Shown piece by piece: positions 29,711 through 58,900 of a stretch of DNA of 64,000 nt. A model generated the notes under the pieces. The model did not search any database. It was not told where the DNA came from and worked only from the letters and a program-made list of their open reading frames with translations. Source of the stretch: Bugula neritina (lineage: Eukaryota > Animalia > Bryozoa); NCBI GenBank assembly GCA_964035545.1, contig OZ037766.1, forward strand, positions 29,638,640 to 29,702,639. Reading direction: 5' to 3'. Positions within the stretch are counted from its first letter, which is position 1, and the number at the start of each line of letters is the position of its first letter. A program made the position numbers and the translations under genes.

Positions 29711-29824
29711 AAATTTATAAATTTAAGTTTGTAATTTCTAACAATTTTCATTTTAAAAACTGCACAGCTGTGTAATTTTTGAAATGAAAATTGTTAGAAA
29801 TTACAAATTTAAATTTATAAATTT
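29711..29824 (+). repeat. About 114-bp near-perfect inverted repeat in the presumed 3' UTR of TRIM B
   Basis: Arms of about 57 bp centred on CACAG|CTGTG (29767/29768), with 4 mismatches. Confidence 0.9.
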
Positions 29825-31787
29825 AGGTCTTGTTCTAAGCTCCTCACATTACACATTTTAACATGAGTGTTTTTTCACAAGTTTCTGTTTATAGAAAAGC
29901 ATAAATGCAAATATTGTTTTACTGCTTCAATTAAATTTATTTTTGTATCAACAGCATTATTACAAACACCAGAAACAGTTTTTATTTATATACCTTTAGC
30001 TATAATCAATAACTAGAGTATTGCTTACATGAAAGAATTGATATTAAATTCTACAATAGATCAGCATTTAAAACTCTGTAAATTATAGCAATACCTGTCA
30101 CTGCTTCATCTGATATAATATGTTCGGACATTATAAGAATTGGGAAAACCTTTCTCTAATGCATTATAACTTTTCATGTATCATCACAGCTATGCCAGCT
30201 ATATTATGCTTTTTCCACACTCGTTATGGCTACTACACAATAGCTAACCTTTTGACTGGTATAAAAACTTTATAGCCTTTTCCTTTATCTTTACACTTGC
30301 TTCCACTTTCAACTTGCAACTACACTTATAACTTATGATGTAACGGTTTTCACATTGCTTATAGTTTTCTTTCAGTCTGCGACAATAAATATTACTCAAT
30401 ACTAAAACACAACATAATCACATTACTTAATAGCTGAAATTATAAAAAACAGAGATTTACAGCATATATAACAAAGTTAGTTATACACTTTGCCATTTTT
30501 ACTCTCACTTATTTTGTGCCTAAAAATAAATGATTCATTAGAACAAAAGCTAACAGAGTACAAATCACATAAAAAAGCATTTTTTTGCATTGGTAACTTT
30601 AATTGTATATGAGCTACCGATTATGCTTCAAGTTGGACCATGACTACCATAAACTAGCCCATTTTTTATGAACTAGACCTCTGTTTTGAGAAAACATTCA
30701 GATAATGTAGCTATACAAGCGAAATAAAGTAATGCCGATCTTTTATATGCACACTATAATATAAATCTCATTGCATATGTGTTTTGGGTTTTTTCTGTCC
30801 CTTTGACATCACCAAGATTATACCTGACGGTACCGATATTCATGTTATGTTGGCATCTCTACCTTCCAAATTACAGATCCATGTTGAATATTTATCATTG
30901 TGAGGTGGTTGAGGGTTTGGCTTGCTTCTTCCACTAATTATATTTAAAAATAAAACTTCTGGAACCAATTTAATTAATGGTTATGATTTATGAGGCCGGT
31001 AACTTTAGAATAACTGTTTTCAAAAATACTAAGCAGCTTGGAGCTATACCAATTAATGCTCACACTAAAAAGTTCATAGTGAGTTATCTCCCCTCTAAAA
31101 GTAAAGACAAACATGCTAATATAACATTGATGTTGATGAAGTGAGAAAAGCAGGAAAATTTATAATTTTACATTATATAATAAAGAATAAGGATTAGAAT
31201 TAAATCAAGCATAAGCTGCAATCTATAGCATAGTGGAGATAGCTGATAGCTAAATTACACTGACGTTGCACCAAACTGATTCAAAGCTTATAATGTATCT
31301 AGTGAAGTTCAAAGAGAAATCATAACAGTTTTGTTCTTTGAATCCACATCACAATTCTATTCTTATTGATTTTGCAGATAGTTGTCTTTTGAAATACCTC
31401 TCAGAGCTCTTTAACTATTTGGCTGTTTGAGCTCATCCGAAATAATAACTTTTACTGCTTCTATGTGTAAAGTTGTCTTCTCACACTTGAAAAATGTTTT
31501 AAATGAAAATGATGGTGTATTCTTCTCTATCAACTTCCAACATGAGAAAAAAGAGAAATTTTATGAGCACACGGGAGGGTAAGGAGTATAAAATTTACTT
31601 ATCGTATAGTATTTTTTAGGTAAGTGCTTGTTCTATTCGATATGTAGCAAAATTGCAATCGTCAATGTGCAATGTTGCAATCATCAATGAGGAAGTTATG
31701 GTCATGTCTATTTAAATGCATGGTTTTAATACCATATGAATGTAAGCAGTGCTATAGTCACTGCAGTATGTTGGTTACCTTAATATT

Positions 31788-31798
31788 GGGGAATCCCC
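31788..31798. promoter_or_regulatory. NF-kappaB-like palindromic motif GGGGAATCCCC upstream of TRIM C
   Basis: Canonical kappaB-type 11-mer in AT-rich DNA, 666 bp before the ATG. Confidence 0.5.
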
Positions 31799-32453
31799 TA
31801 CTAAAATAATGAATGCTTTATTCAACACTGAATTAAATACGTATCTACAATGTATTTGAACAAACAAAACCTTTCACTGCTCCTATTGTTCAAAATTCAC
31901 ATTGCTTATATGTATAATAGCATTAAATGCTTTTTAGGACAGGATTTAACAATGTGAATTTTCACATAAACACTTTATAGCACATTTTAGTGTAAGACAT
32001 CATTCAAGGGGTAGAGTTCTGACAGCAGAGAAGCTTTCATGCCCTTTTTAATGAACCGTAAAATCTTTACTGTGTATGCTAAAAGTTGCATTGTTCTTAT
32101 TATAATATTACACATAATACAAATGCTGTTCAATATTATTTTTAGAGCATAGCCTTTGGAAGCTTTGAAAACAACTGATTGACAATTGGAAAAAACTTGC
32201 AGTGGCAGCTCAGTTCAATTGCTCAGTCACCAACAAAGTGCCGGCTATATCCAATATTCTCTATTCAGCACTGAATCAATAGATCCTATTATAGTTGAAC
32301 AATATAGTGTATGTAGCAATACCAACAACTGCTTTTTGAAACAGGGTAGAACTATAATTCGACTTCATTATAAGCTTTGACACAAACCCCTCAACACACT
32401 TTAATATATAGATATCATACATACAGCGTTGGCAGCAGAGAAGCTTTCACAAG

Positions 32454-37613
<5,160 letters not shown>

Positions 37614-39403
37614 GACATGAAACATAAACCGAACATTTTATATAAACTAAACTACTTTATAAATCTGAATTCAAACTTTTTGACATTTTTCTTATCAACA
37701 ATTATTACAGGTTTCATTTCAAGCATCTCATATTACACATTTTAAAACAGGTGTTTTCTCAGGCTTTTGTTTTGTGCTTAATACAGAGCTTATTCACATA
37801 AACTACATATACTTAAGTTAAATGTTACTATTGTTTGAGTGTTTTAGATTTACTTTTGTTCTATAATGCCTAATAAAGCATATCTACATAATACTACATG
37901 CAAAAGTTAAATGCTATTATTGTTTGAGTGTTTTAGATTTATATTTTTGTATCAACAAAATATTGCAACTCCTTAAAAATAGTTTGACTTATACCTATAA
38001 TATCATCAGCTACCTAAAAATCTAATTAATCAAGTTTCAAAAGCTTTCAACTATATGAATAAGTACTTTATGAAATAAATTTTTTGCAGTGGCCTATACG
38101 ATAATGTTACTCTAGTATTATTTAATATCACACCTTATTTGTATTCGGTTAAGCTCTGTTTCCCCAGTTCTCATCTCTCTCGCAATCCCCTTGCTTTCCA
38201 GTTCCTATATAGCCACTCACCATGCGCCTTGCATGTGGCATCACAGTACATTCATTTAGCACTGGTGTCGTCATAAATTTGATCAAGATTGTTATTCTAC
38301 AGCATATTCTCATGAAAAACTTCATTACCTATGGCTATATTATATGCCACTGCTTCCTCCTGTAGCCAAATTACTCAATATAAGTAATTAAAGTTATATG
38401 AAGATAAATATTCATAACATATATATAACCAAGTTACCATGTGGTTATAAATTTTGTTATTTTCACTCTCACTAAATGTCTGTGTTCAAAAATCAATTAT
38501 CATTATAATAAAAGGCTAACATAGAGTATAAATAACAAAAAAGGCATGAGTTGATTTTTATCAATAACTTTAATGGTAATGGGCTACAGACTATGCTTCA
38601 AGTTATACCATGACTACCATAAACTAGCTCATGTTTCTAGGAATTAGGCTTTTGCCTTGCTATAGCATCCCATGACTCTGTACAAAAGAAATAGATTAGT
38701 GTGGATCGATTATAAGAAGATACATCTGAATTATCAAGTTCCTATAATAACTATGTCAGCTGATCTAAATAGTCATGATTTTAATAAAGGCATCACAAGT
38801 TAAACAGGCCTATCATACCCTTACTTAGTTACAGTTGACATCTTTAGCAAAATCAAAACTCTACTTGTGATGAAGAAACAGCTATACAGTTAAAGATTTC
38901 TCAAGAGCTCATGTTTTATGAGTATATGAGGGTGTTATGGAGGAGAAGCAGTAAATTGATAATTTGATTGATATATAAACATACCAATAAAAGTGTAATT
39001 ATATAATTTCAAATGCATATATGTATTTGCATATTAATATAATGCATGTATGTATAGCATAGTAATTATACTGCAGTATCATTATTATGCTATGCTGTAT
39101 ATGCTTTGTTTTTAAATTTTTGGTATTTAATAAAATATTTATTAAGAATTATTATGGCAAATCTTAGTATATTCATTAAATACTAGAGATTAAAAAAATT
39201 CTAAAAAGTGTTAAAAATTTATTTTTTCCAATATTTCTTAAACTGGAAATTATCCTATTGCATCTATAAGCACATACTCACATACTGCATGAATGCTGAA
39301 GCCTTTTTTATCAATTCTATGCTACGAATGGATGAAAGACAGCAAATTCATAGCTAAGATAAAAGCATAGAAGACAAACTAGTGTATATATATAGATATT
39401 ATA

Positions 39404-39424
39404 CAGACAGACAGACAGGCAAGC

Positions 39425-39475
<51 letters not shown>

Positions 39476-39613
39476 CAGACAGACAAGCAGACAGACAGAC
39501 AGACAAGCAGACAGACAGGCAGACAGACAAGCAGACAGACAAGCAGACAGACAAGCAGACAGGCAGACAGGCAGACAAGCAGACAAGCAGACAAGCAGAC
39601 AAGCAGACAGACA
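39404..39613 (+). repeat. (CAGA/CAAG/CAGG)n satellite, spacer C-D
   Basis: Tetranucleotide repeat homologous to 22911-23208. Confidence 0.95.
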
Positions 39614-40149
39614 AAATATTACTGATTTGATTTGATTTTTCTTCTTCATAGAGGATTAAAATTGGGTACCCCTATCATTATTGGCACAGGTGGTTTTTCA
39701 TCTATACATAAATGTTTATTTTGTTATTAGCAGTTCTATGTTGCTGCAATCACTTTTGTTCTTTTCCATAAACTGTAAATTTTTCTTGAGTGCCTGCTAA
39801 CACCTGCATTGTTCTCATTAAAATATACATTTAACCCAAATGCTGTTTGATATTATTTTTAAAGCATAGCCTTTAACACCGACTAATTGGCTATTGTGTA
39901 AAAATGGTATCATAGTATAGCAACAGTTAACGCAAAATGCCGGTTATCCAATATTCTCTATTCAGCACTGAATCAATAGATCCTATTATAGTTCAACAAT
40001 ATAGTGTATGTAGCGATAACAATAACTGCTTTTTGAAACAGGGTAGAACTATAATTCGACTTCATTACTAACTTTTACACAAACCCCTCAACGCACTTTA
40101 ATATATAGATATCATAAATACAGCGTTGGCAGCAGAGAAGCTTTCACAG

Positions 40150-45381
<5,232 letters not shown>

Positions 45382-46712
45382 AACATGAAACATAAACTGA
45401 ACATTTTATATAAACTAAACTACTTTATAAATCTAAATTCAAACTTTTTGACATTTTTCTTATCAAAAATTATTACAGGTTTCATTTCAAGCACTTAGCT
45501 CATATTGCACATTTTAAAACAGGTGTTTTCTAAAGCTACTGTTCTATGCTTAATACAAAGCTTATTCATATAAAACTAGATATAAAAGTTAAATGCTACT
45601 ATTTTTTGAGTGCTTTAGATTTATAGTTTTGTATCAACAAAATATTGCAACTCTTTAAAAAAGTACTTTAATTTATATACCTAATATTATCATGCAGCTG
45701 CATAAAAATCAAATTAATTAAGTCCTAAAAACCTTCAACTATGAATAACTAGCTTATGAGATATAGATTTAATCAAGATTGCTTTTCTATTGCAAAGTAG
45801 CATCAATCACTCCGCTGATTATGGCTATATATGCCACTGCTCCCTCCCATAGCCAAATTACTTAATAGCTATATAGTTATATAAAAATAAATATTCATAC
45901 CATATATAACAAAGTGCACCTTGTCTGTGTCCAAAAATCAATTATTCATTATAACAAAAGGTTAACACAATGCATAAATAACAAAAAAGGCATTTATTTT
46001 GTATCAATAACTTTTATGATAATGAGCTATACAGACTATGCTTCAAGTTGGACTATAACAACCATAAACTAGCCCATGTTTTTATAAGAACTAGACTTTT
46101 GCCTCCAGATAAAATTTGGATACGTGAGCTGTACAAAAGAAATGGATTAGTTTGGATTGTTTACACAATGCATCTAAATTATCAAGCTCCTATAACAACT
46201 ATGTCAGCTGATTTAAATAGTCATGTTTTAATGAAAAAAGCACCGAAAGTCGAACAGGCCTACCGCACCCTTACTTAATTACAGTTGACTTCTTTTGCAA
46301 ACCAGAACTCTGTTTGTGTTGCAGAAACAGCTACAGTTAAAGATTTCTCAAGAGCTGATGTTTTATGAGTATATGAAGGTTTTATGGGGGAGAAGCAGTA
46401 AATTAACAATTCGACTAATAGACCAACATAAACATACTAATAAAAGTGTAATTATATAATTTCCAATGCATGTATCTGCATATAGTGCATGTATGTATAG
46501 CATAATAATGATACTGGCAAATGTTGAAAATATATTTTTTCGAATATTTCTAAAACTGGAAATTATCATATTGCATCTAGCACATACTCACATACTGCAT
46601 GAATGCTGAAGCCTTTTTTATCAATTCTATGCTACGAATGAATGAAAGACAGCAAATTCATAGCTAAGATAAAAGCATAGAAGACAAACTAGTGTATATA
46701 TATAGATATTAT

Positions 46713-46741
46713 ACAGACAGACAGACAAGCAGACAGACAGG

Positions 46742-46773
<32 letters not shown>

Positions 46774-46847
46774 CAGACAGACAAGCAGACAGACAAGCAG
46801 ACAGACAGGCAGGCAGACAGGCAGACAGGCAGACAAGCAGACAGACA
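46713..46847 (+). repeat. (CAGA/CAAG/CAGG)n satellite, spacer D-E
   Basis: Tetranucleotide repeat. Confidence 0.95.
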
Positions 46848-47402
46848 AAATATTACTGATTTGAATGGCAAAGTTAAAGGGGATTTTTCTTCTTCATAGA
46901 GGATTAAAATTGGGTACCCCTATCATTATTGGCACAGGTGGTTTTTCATCTATACATAAATGTTTATTTTGTTATTAGCAGTTCTATGCTGCTGCAATCA
47001 CTTTTGTTCTTTTCAATAAACTGTAAATTTTTCTTGAGTGCCTGCTAAAACCTGCATTGTTCTCATAATAAAATACACCTAACCCAAATGCTGTTTGATA
47101 TTATTTTTAGAGCATAGCCTTTAACACCAACTAATTGGCTATTGTGTAAAAATGGTATAATATATTGTATAGCAACAGTTACCGCAAAATGCCGGTTATC
47201 CAATATTTTCTATTCAGCACTGAATCAATAGATCCTATTATAGTTCAACAATATAGTGTATGTAGCAATACCAATAACTGCTTTTTGAAACAGGGTAGAA
47301 CTATAATTCGACTTCATTATAAGCTTTGACACAAACCCCTCAACACACTTTAATATATAGATATCATAAATACATCATTGACAGCAGAGAAGCTTTCACA
47401 AG

Positions 47403-53155
<5,753 letters not shown>

Positions 53156-53204
53156 AACATGAAACATTATAAACCTGAACTGCTAGCAAACTTTATTCAA
53201 GTTC

Positions 53205-53318
53205 AAATTTATAATTTTAAGTTTGTAATTTCTAACAATTTTCATTTTAAAAACTGTACAGCTGTGTAATTTTTGAAATGAAAATTGTTAGAAATTACAA
53301 ATTTAAATTTATAAATTT
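53205..53318 (+). repeat. Inverted repeat in the presumed 3' UTR of TRIM E
   Basis: Homologue of 29711-29824. Confidence 0.88.
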
Positions 53319-55273
53319 AGGTCTTATTCTAAGCTCTTCACATTGCACATTTTCACATGAGTGTTTTTCTCAAGTTTCTGTTTATAGAAAAGTATAAATG
53401 CAAATATTGTTTTACTGCTTCAAATTTATTTTTGTATCAACAGCATTATTACAAACACCAGAAACAGTTTTTATTTATATACCTTTAGCTATCAATAACT
53501 AGAGTATTGCTTACATGAAAGAATTGATATTGAATCCTACAATAGATCAGCATCTAAAACTCTGTAAATTATAGCAATACCTGTCACTGCTTCATCTGAT
53601 ATAATGTTTTCGGACATTATAAGAATTGGGAAAACCTTTCCCTAATGCATTATAGCCTTTCATGTATCATCACAGCTATGCCAGCTATATTATGCTTTTT
53701 CCACACTCGTTGTGGCTACTACACAATAGCTAACCTTTTTGACTGGTATAAAAACTTTATAGCCTTTTTCTTTATCTTTACACTTGCTTGCACTTGCGAC
53801 TAGCAACTACACTTATAACTTATTGATGTGACATGGTTTTCACATTGCTTATAGTTTTCTTTCAGTCTGCAACAATAAATATTACTCAATACTAAAACAC
53901 AACATAATCAAATTACTTAATAGCTGAAATTATAAAAAAACAGAAATTTACAGCATATATAACAAAGTTAGTTATACACTTTGCCATTTTTACTCTCACT
54001 TATTTTGTGCCCAAACATAAATGATTCATTGGAACAAAAGCTAACAGAGTACAAATCACATAAAAAATCATTTTTTGCATTGATAACTTTAATTGTATAT
54101 GAGCTACCAATTATGCTTCAAGTTGGACCATGACTACCATAAACTAGCCCATTGTTTTATGAACTAGACATCTGCTTCGAGATAACATTTGGATAATGTA
54201 GCTGTATACAAACGAAATAAAGTAATGTCGATCTTTTATGCACACTATAATATAAATCTCATTGCATGTGTTTTGGGTTTTTTCTGTCCCTTTGACATCA
54301 CCAAGATTATACCTGACGGTACCGATATTCATGTTATGTTGGCATCTCTACCTTCCAAATTACAGATCCATGTTGAATATTTATCATTGTGAGGTGGTTG
54401 AGGGTTTGGCTTGCTTCTTCCATTAATTATATTCAAAAATAAAACTTCTGGAACCAATTTAATTAATGGTTATGATTTATGAGGCCGGTAACTTTAGAAT
54501 AACTGTTTTCAAAAATACTAAGCAGCTTGGAGCTATAACAATTAATGCTCACACTAAAAAGTTCATAGTGAGTTATCTCCCCTCTAAAAGTAAAGACAAA
54601 CATGCTAATATAACATTGATGAAGTGAGAAAAGCAGGAAAATTTATAATTTTACATTATATAATAAAGAATAAGGATTAGAATTAAATCAAGCATAAGCT
54701 GCAATCTATAGCATAGTGGAGATAGCTGATAGCTAAATTACACTGACGTTGCACCAAACTGATTCAAAGCTTATAATGTATCTTATAGTGAAGTTCAAAG
54801 AGAAATCATAACAGTTTTGTTCTTTGAATCCACATCACAATTCTATTCTTATTGATTTTGCAGATAGTTGTCTTTTGAAATACCTCTCAGAGCTCTTTAA
54901 CTATTTGGCTGTTTGAGCTCATCCGAAATAATAACTTTTACTGCTTCTATGTGTAAAGTTGTCTTCTCACACTTGAAAAATGTTTTAAATGAAAATGATG
55001 GTGTATTCTTCTCTATCAACTTCCAACAAGAGAAAAAAGAGAAATTTTATGAGCACACGGGAGGGTAAGAAGTATAAAATTTACTTATCGTATAGTATTT
55101 TTTAGGTAAGTGCTTGTTCTATTCGATCTGTAGCAAAATTGCAATCGTCAATGTGCAATGTTGCAATCATCAATGAGGAAGTTATGGTCATGTCTATTTA
55201 AATGCATAGTTTTAATACCATATGAATGTAAGCAGTGCTATAGTCACTGCAGTATGTTGGTTACCTTAATATT

Positions 55274-55284
55274 GGGGAATCCCC
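55274..55284. promoter_or_regulatory. NF-kappaB-like motif GGGGAATCCCC upstream of TRIM F
   Basis: Duplicate of 31788-31798. Confidence 0.5.
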
Positions 55285-55936
55285 TACTAAAATAATGAAT
55301 GCTTTATTCAACACTGAATTAAATACGTATCTACAATGTATTTGAACAAACAAAACCTTTCACTGCTCCTATTGTTCAAAATTCACATTGCTTATATGTA
55401 TAATAGCATTAAATGCTTTTTAGGACAGGATTTAACAATGTGAATTTTCACATAAACACTTTATAGCACATTTTAGTGTAAAACATCATTCAAGGGGTAG
55501 AGTTCTGACAGCAGAGAAGCTTTCATGCCCTTTTTAATGAACCGTAAAATCTTTACGGTGTATGCTAAAAGTTGCATTGTTCTTATTATAATATTACACA
55601 TAATCCAAATGCTGTTCAATATTATTTTTAGAGCATAGCCTTTGGAAGCTTTGAAAACAACTGATTGAAGATTGGAAAAAACTTGCAGTGGCAGCTCAGT
55701 TCAATTGCTCAGTCACCAGCAAAGTGCTGGTTATCCGATATTCTCTATTCAGCACTGAATCAATAAATCCTATTATAGTTCAACAATATATGTAGCAATA
55801 CCAACAACTGCTTTTTGAAACAGAGTAGAGCTATAATTCGATTTCATTATTGACTTTCGCACAAACCCCTAAACACACTTTAATATATAGATATCATACA
55901 TACAGCGTTGCATGGCAGCAGAGAAGCTTTTACAAA

Positions 55937-58900
55937 ATGGCCGAGGCAGCACATTCTCTACAGCAATATCAACCACTAGCAGAAGACTATGAATGTGGTT
56001 ACTGTCTACAGACTCTGGTGAATATGGTAGACCCCAGGAGACTACCATGTTCTCACACCTTCTGTTTACCTTGTCTACAGGATGGGATGAGAGATGCAGA
56101 GTCTTCAGAGTGTATCACTTGTGGGTGAGTTTATTGAGTGTATCACTTGTGGGTGAGTTTACTGAGGGTATCACTTGTGGGTGAGTTTATTGAGTGTATA
56201 ACTTGTGGGTGAGTTTATTGAGGGTATAACTTGTGGGTGAGTTTATTGAGTGTATAACTTGTGGGTGAGTTTACTGAGGGTATAACTTGTGGGTGAGTTT
56301 ATTGAGTGTATAACTTGTGGGTGAGTTTATTGAGTGTATAACTTGTGGGTGAGTTTATTGAGTGTATAACTTGTGGGTGAGTTTATTGAGTGTATAACTT
56401 GTGGGTGAGTTTATTGAGTGTATAACTTGTGGGTGAGTTTATTGAGGGTATAACTTGTGATGAGTTTATTGAGTGTATAACTTGTGGGTGAGTTTATTGA
56501 GTGTATCACTTGTGGGTGAGTTTATTGAGGGTATCACTTGTGGGTGAGTTTATTGAGTGTATCACTTGTGGGTGAGTTTATTGAGTGTATCACTTGTGGG
56601 TGAGTTTATTGAGGGTATCACTTGTGGGTGAGATTATTGAGGGTATAACTTGTGGGTGAGTTTATTGAGGGTATCACTTGTGGGTGAGTTTATTGAGGGT
56701 ATCACTTGTGGGTGAGTTTATTGAGTGTATCACTTGTGGGTGAGTTTATTGAGTGTATCACTTGTGGGTGATTTTATTGAGGGTATCACTTGTGGGTGAG
56801 ATTATTGAGGGTATAACTTGTGGGTGAGTTTATTGAGGGTATCACTTGTGGGTGAGTTTATTGAGTATATCACTTGTGGGTGAGTTTATTGAGTGTATCA
56901 CTTGTGGGTGAGATTATTGAGGGTATAACTTGTGGGTGAGTTTTTTGAGTGTATAACTTGTGGGTGAGTTTATTGAGTGTATAACTTGTGGGTGAGTTTA
57001 TTAAGGGTATAACTTGTGGGTGAGTTTATTGAGTGTATATAAATTATGAGTAAGGTTACTTACTGCATAGTTTGTGAATGAATTTATATTAATGCAACCC
57101 TCAATGTCATAAACTATAGCTGCAGCAAACTTGTAAATTATTTTACAAGATGATCTTTGCAATAAGATATCAATAATTACTTTTTTTATAAAATAAACTT
57201 GTTTTGTGTAGCTTAGTAAGATATGATATTATTTAATGTGAAAAATTATTATTTTGAATATCAGTAGCAGTGACAACAGAAAAAGCAAAAAGATTTATAC
57301 TTTTTTTGAGAGCAGTAAACCTAGCACTTCACTTCTAAACTTTAATGAAGCAATAAGGTACATACTCTCAACTAGGCAATAATCATTTATTTCCTATGGT
57401 TCAATTATTCAACTGATGATTAAATTTTTAGTCAGAGCTGTGATGTGCAGAACTTAGAAGCTCTACCAAAAGCAACTCTTGAGGTAACTGCCACAGCTGG
57501 AGAGGAAGTAGAGATATCTGAAGATGACTTCACTACAACTCCTTGTAATATATGCGAGGGAGACAACTTCTGTCTTGCTATCTGTCACTGTACTGAGTGT
57601 GAGAAATTTCTCTGCAGACGTCATTTTAAAGTCAGTGAGAAATATGAATAACTTAATAATTGCATAATATGTTTGTATATGCTTGAATGGAATATTACAC
57701 TTTGGTTTGTACAATAGAGTACAATTATCATATTGTATGTTATATATTGTATATTGTATATTATTACATATTGTATATTATGTATTAAGTTATATGTTTT
57801 AAATTATATACTATATGTAGTTTATTATATTATATTTTGTGTTGTGTAATTTTATAAAAATTTATTATGTTGTAATATGTTAATTACACACACAAGTCTT
57901 GTCATCAACACAGCCGAACACAATACATATCCAACGAAAAAGATTCTGTCTAAACATTTAGAATTGCTGTCCACTTTCATTTTAGCAACACGACAAGTCA
58001 ATGAAATTTCTAAAACAAGTTCACACGATTGTGGAGATGGAGAAGTACATAAAGCCTGTGAAGATTGAGCTGGAGATGTGCGCAAAGCATGAGAGTGAGA
58101 AACTAGTGCTGGCATGTGACCTCTGTCATGAGACGTTCTGTCTACAGTGTGACACCAACGGGCTATGCGGAGGTATGGGTTGCTGTTGATTCATTTAAAA
58201 AGAACTCCTATATTATAAAGATATCTCTAAAATCAAATAGCTGTTAATCACTGTTAACTATGTGCTTCAGCTTATTTGATAATCTTAGTTGTCGTGCCAG
58301 CTTTGATATTCCTAGTCCATAGCCAAGTCAGCATTCAATTCAATAGATCAATAGGTAGTGCAATGCTTGTCATTAGTTAATGGTTCACCTAAGTAGTTAG
58401 CTATAATGATATTACTTTTGTATAACTTAACAGCTCCTTATAGCTTTTGTTTCTTAATGCTTAATCATGATAGATCTTAATCTTTATCTAATGGCTTGTA
58501 CAAACGCAGAAAAGTAAACAAACTTAATAGAAAGTAAAGGCCATGAAATTTAAATTTTATAAGTGTGACTGCTAAATAGTGATAAGCCAATTAGATCATT
58601 TCTACAAAACCTTTCTGGGCTGGTTGTTCAGCATTTTGGCCACATGAAATCTAACCTGAAATTTCCTCAAAATAACTTATTTTGGAGTTGTGATCACTGT
58701 GGAGAAATCAGCTTCATGTCACCCATGCTAATGCTAGGAGCTATGTTATATTTCATTCACGCTAAAAGTATTTTCTTTTTGATTTATAATAGTTTTACAG
58801 CATAAGCAAGTGCTGTTGATAAGGTGTGATGCAGTCAGGAGGTAGTTGCGTAGGTTATTATTGTTTTTATGTAGAGGGAGCTATAAAGCCCACATTACAT

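Noticed and set aside
30790-31560. Coding-looking segments in spacer Y (minus strand WKLIEKNTPSFSFKTFFKCEK.., duplicated near 54.3-55.0 kb)
   Set aside because: Multiple stops and no recognisable family; may be a decayed gene or transposon, which needs TBLASTX/BLASTX to call.
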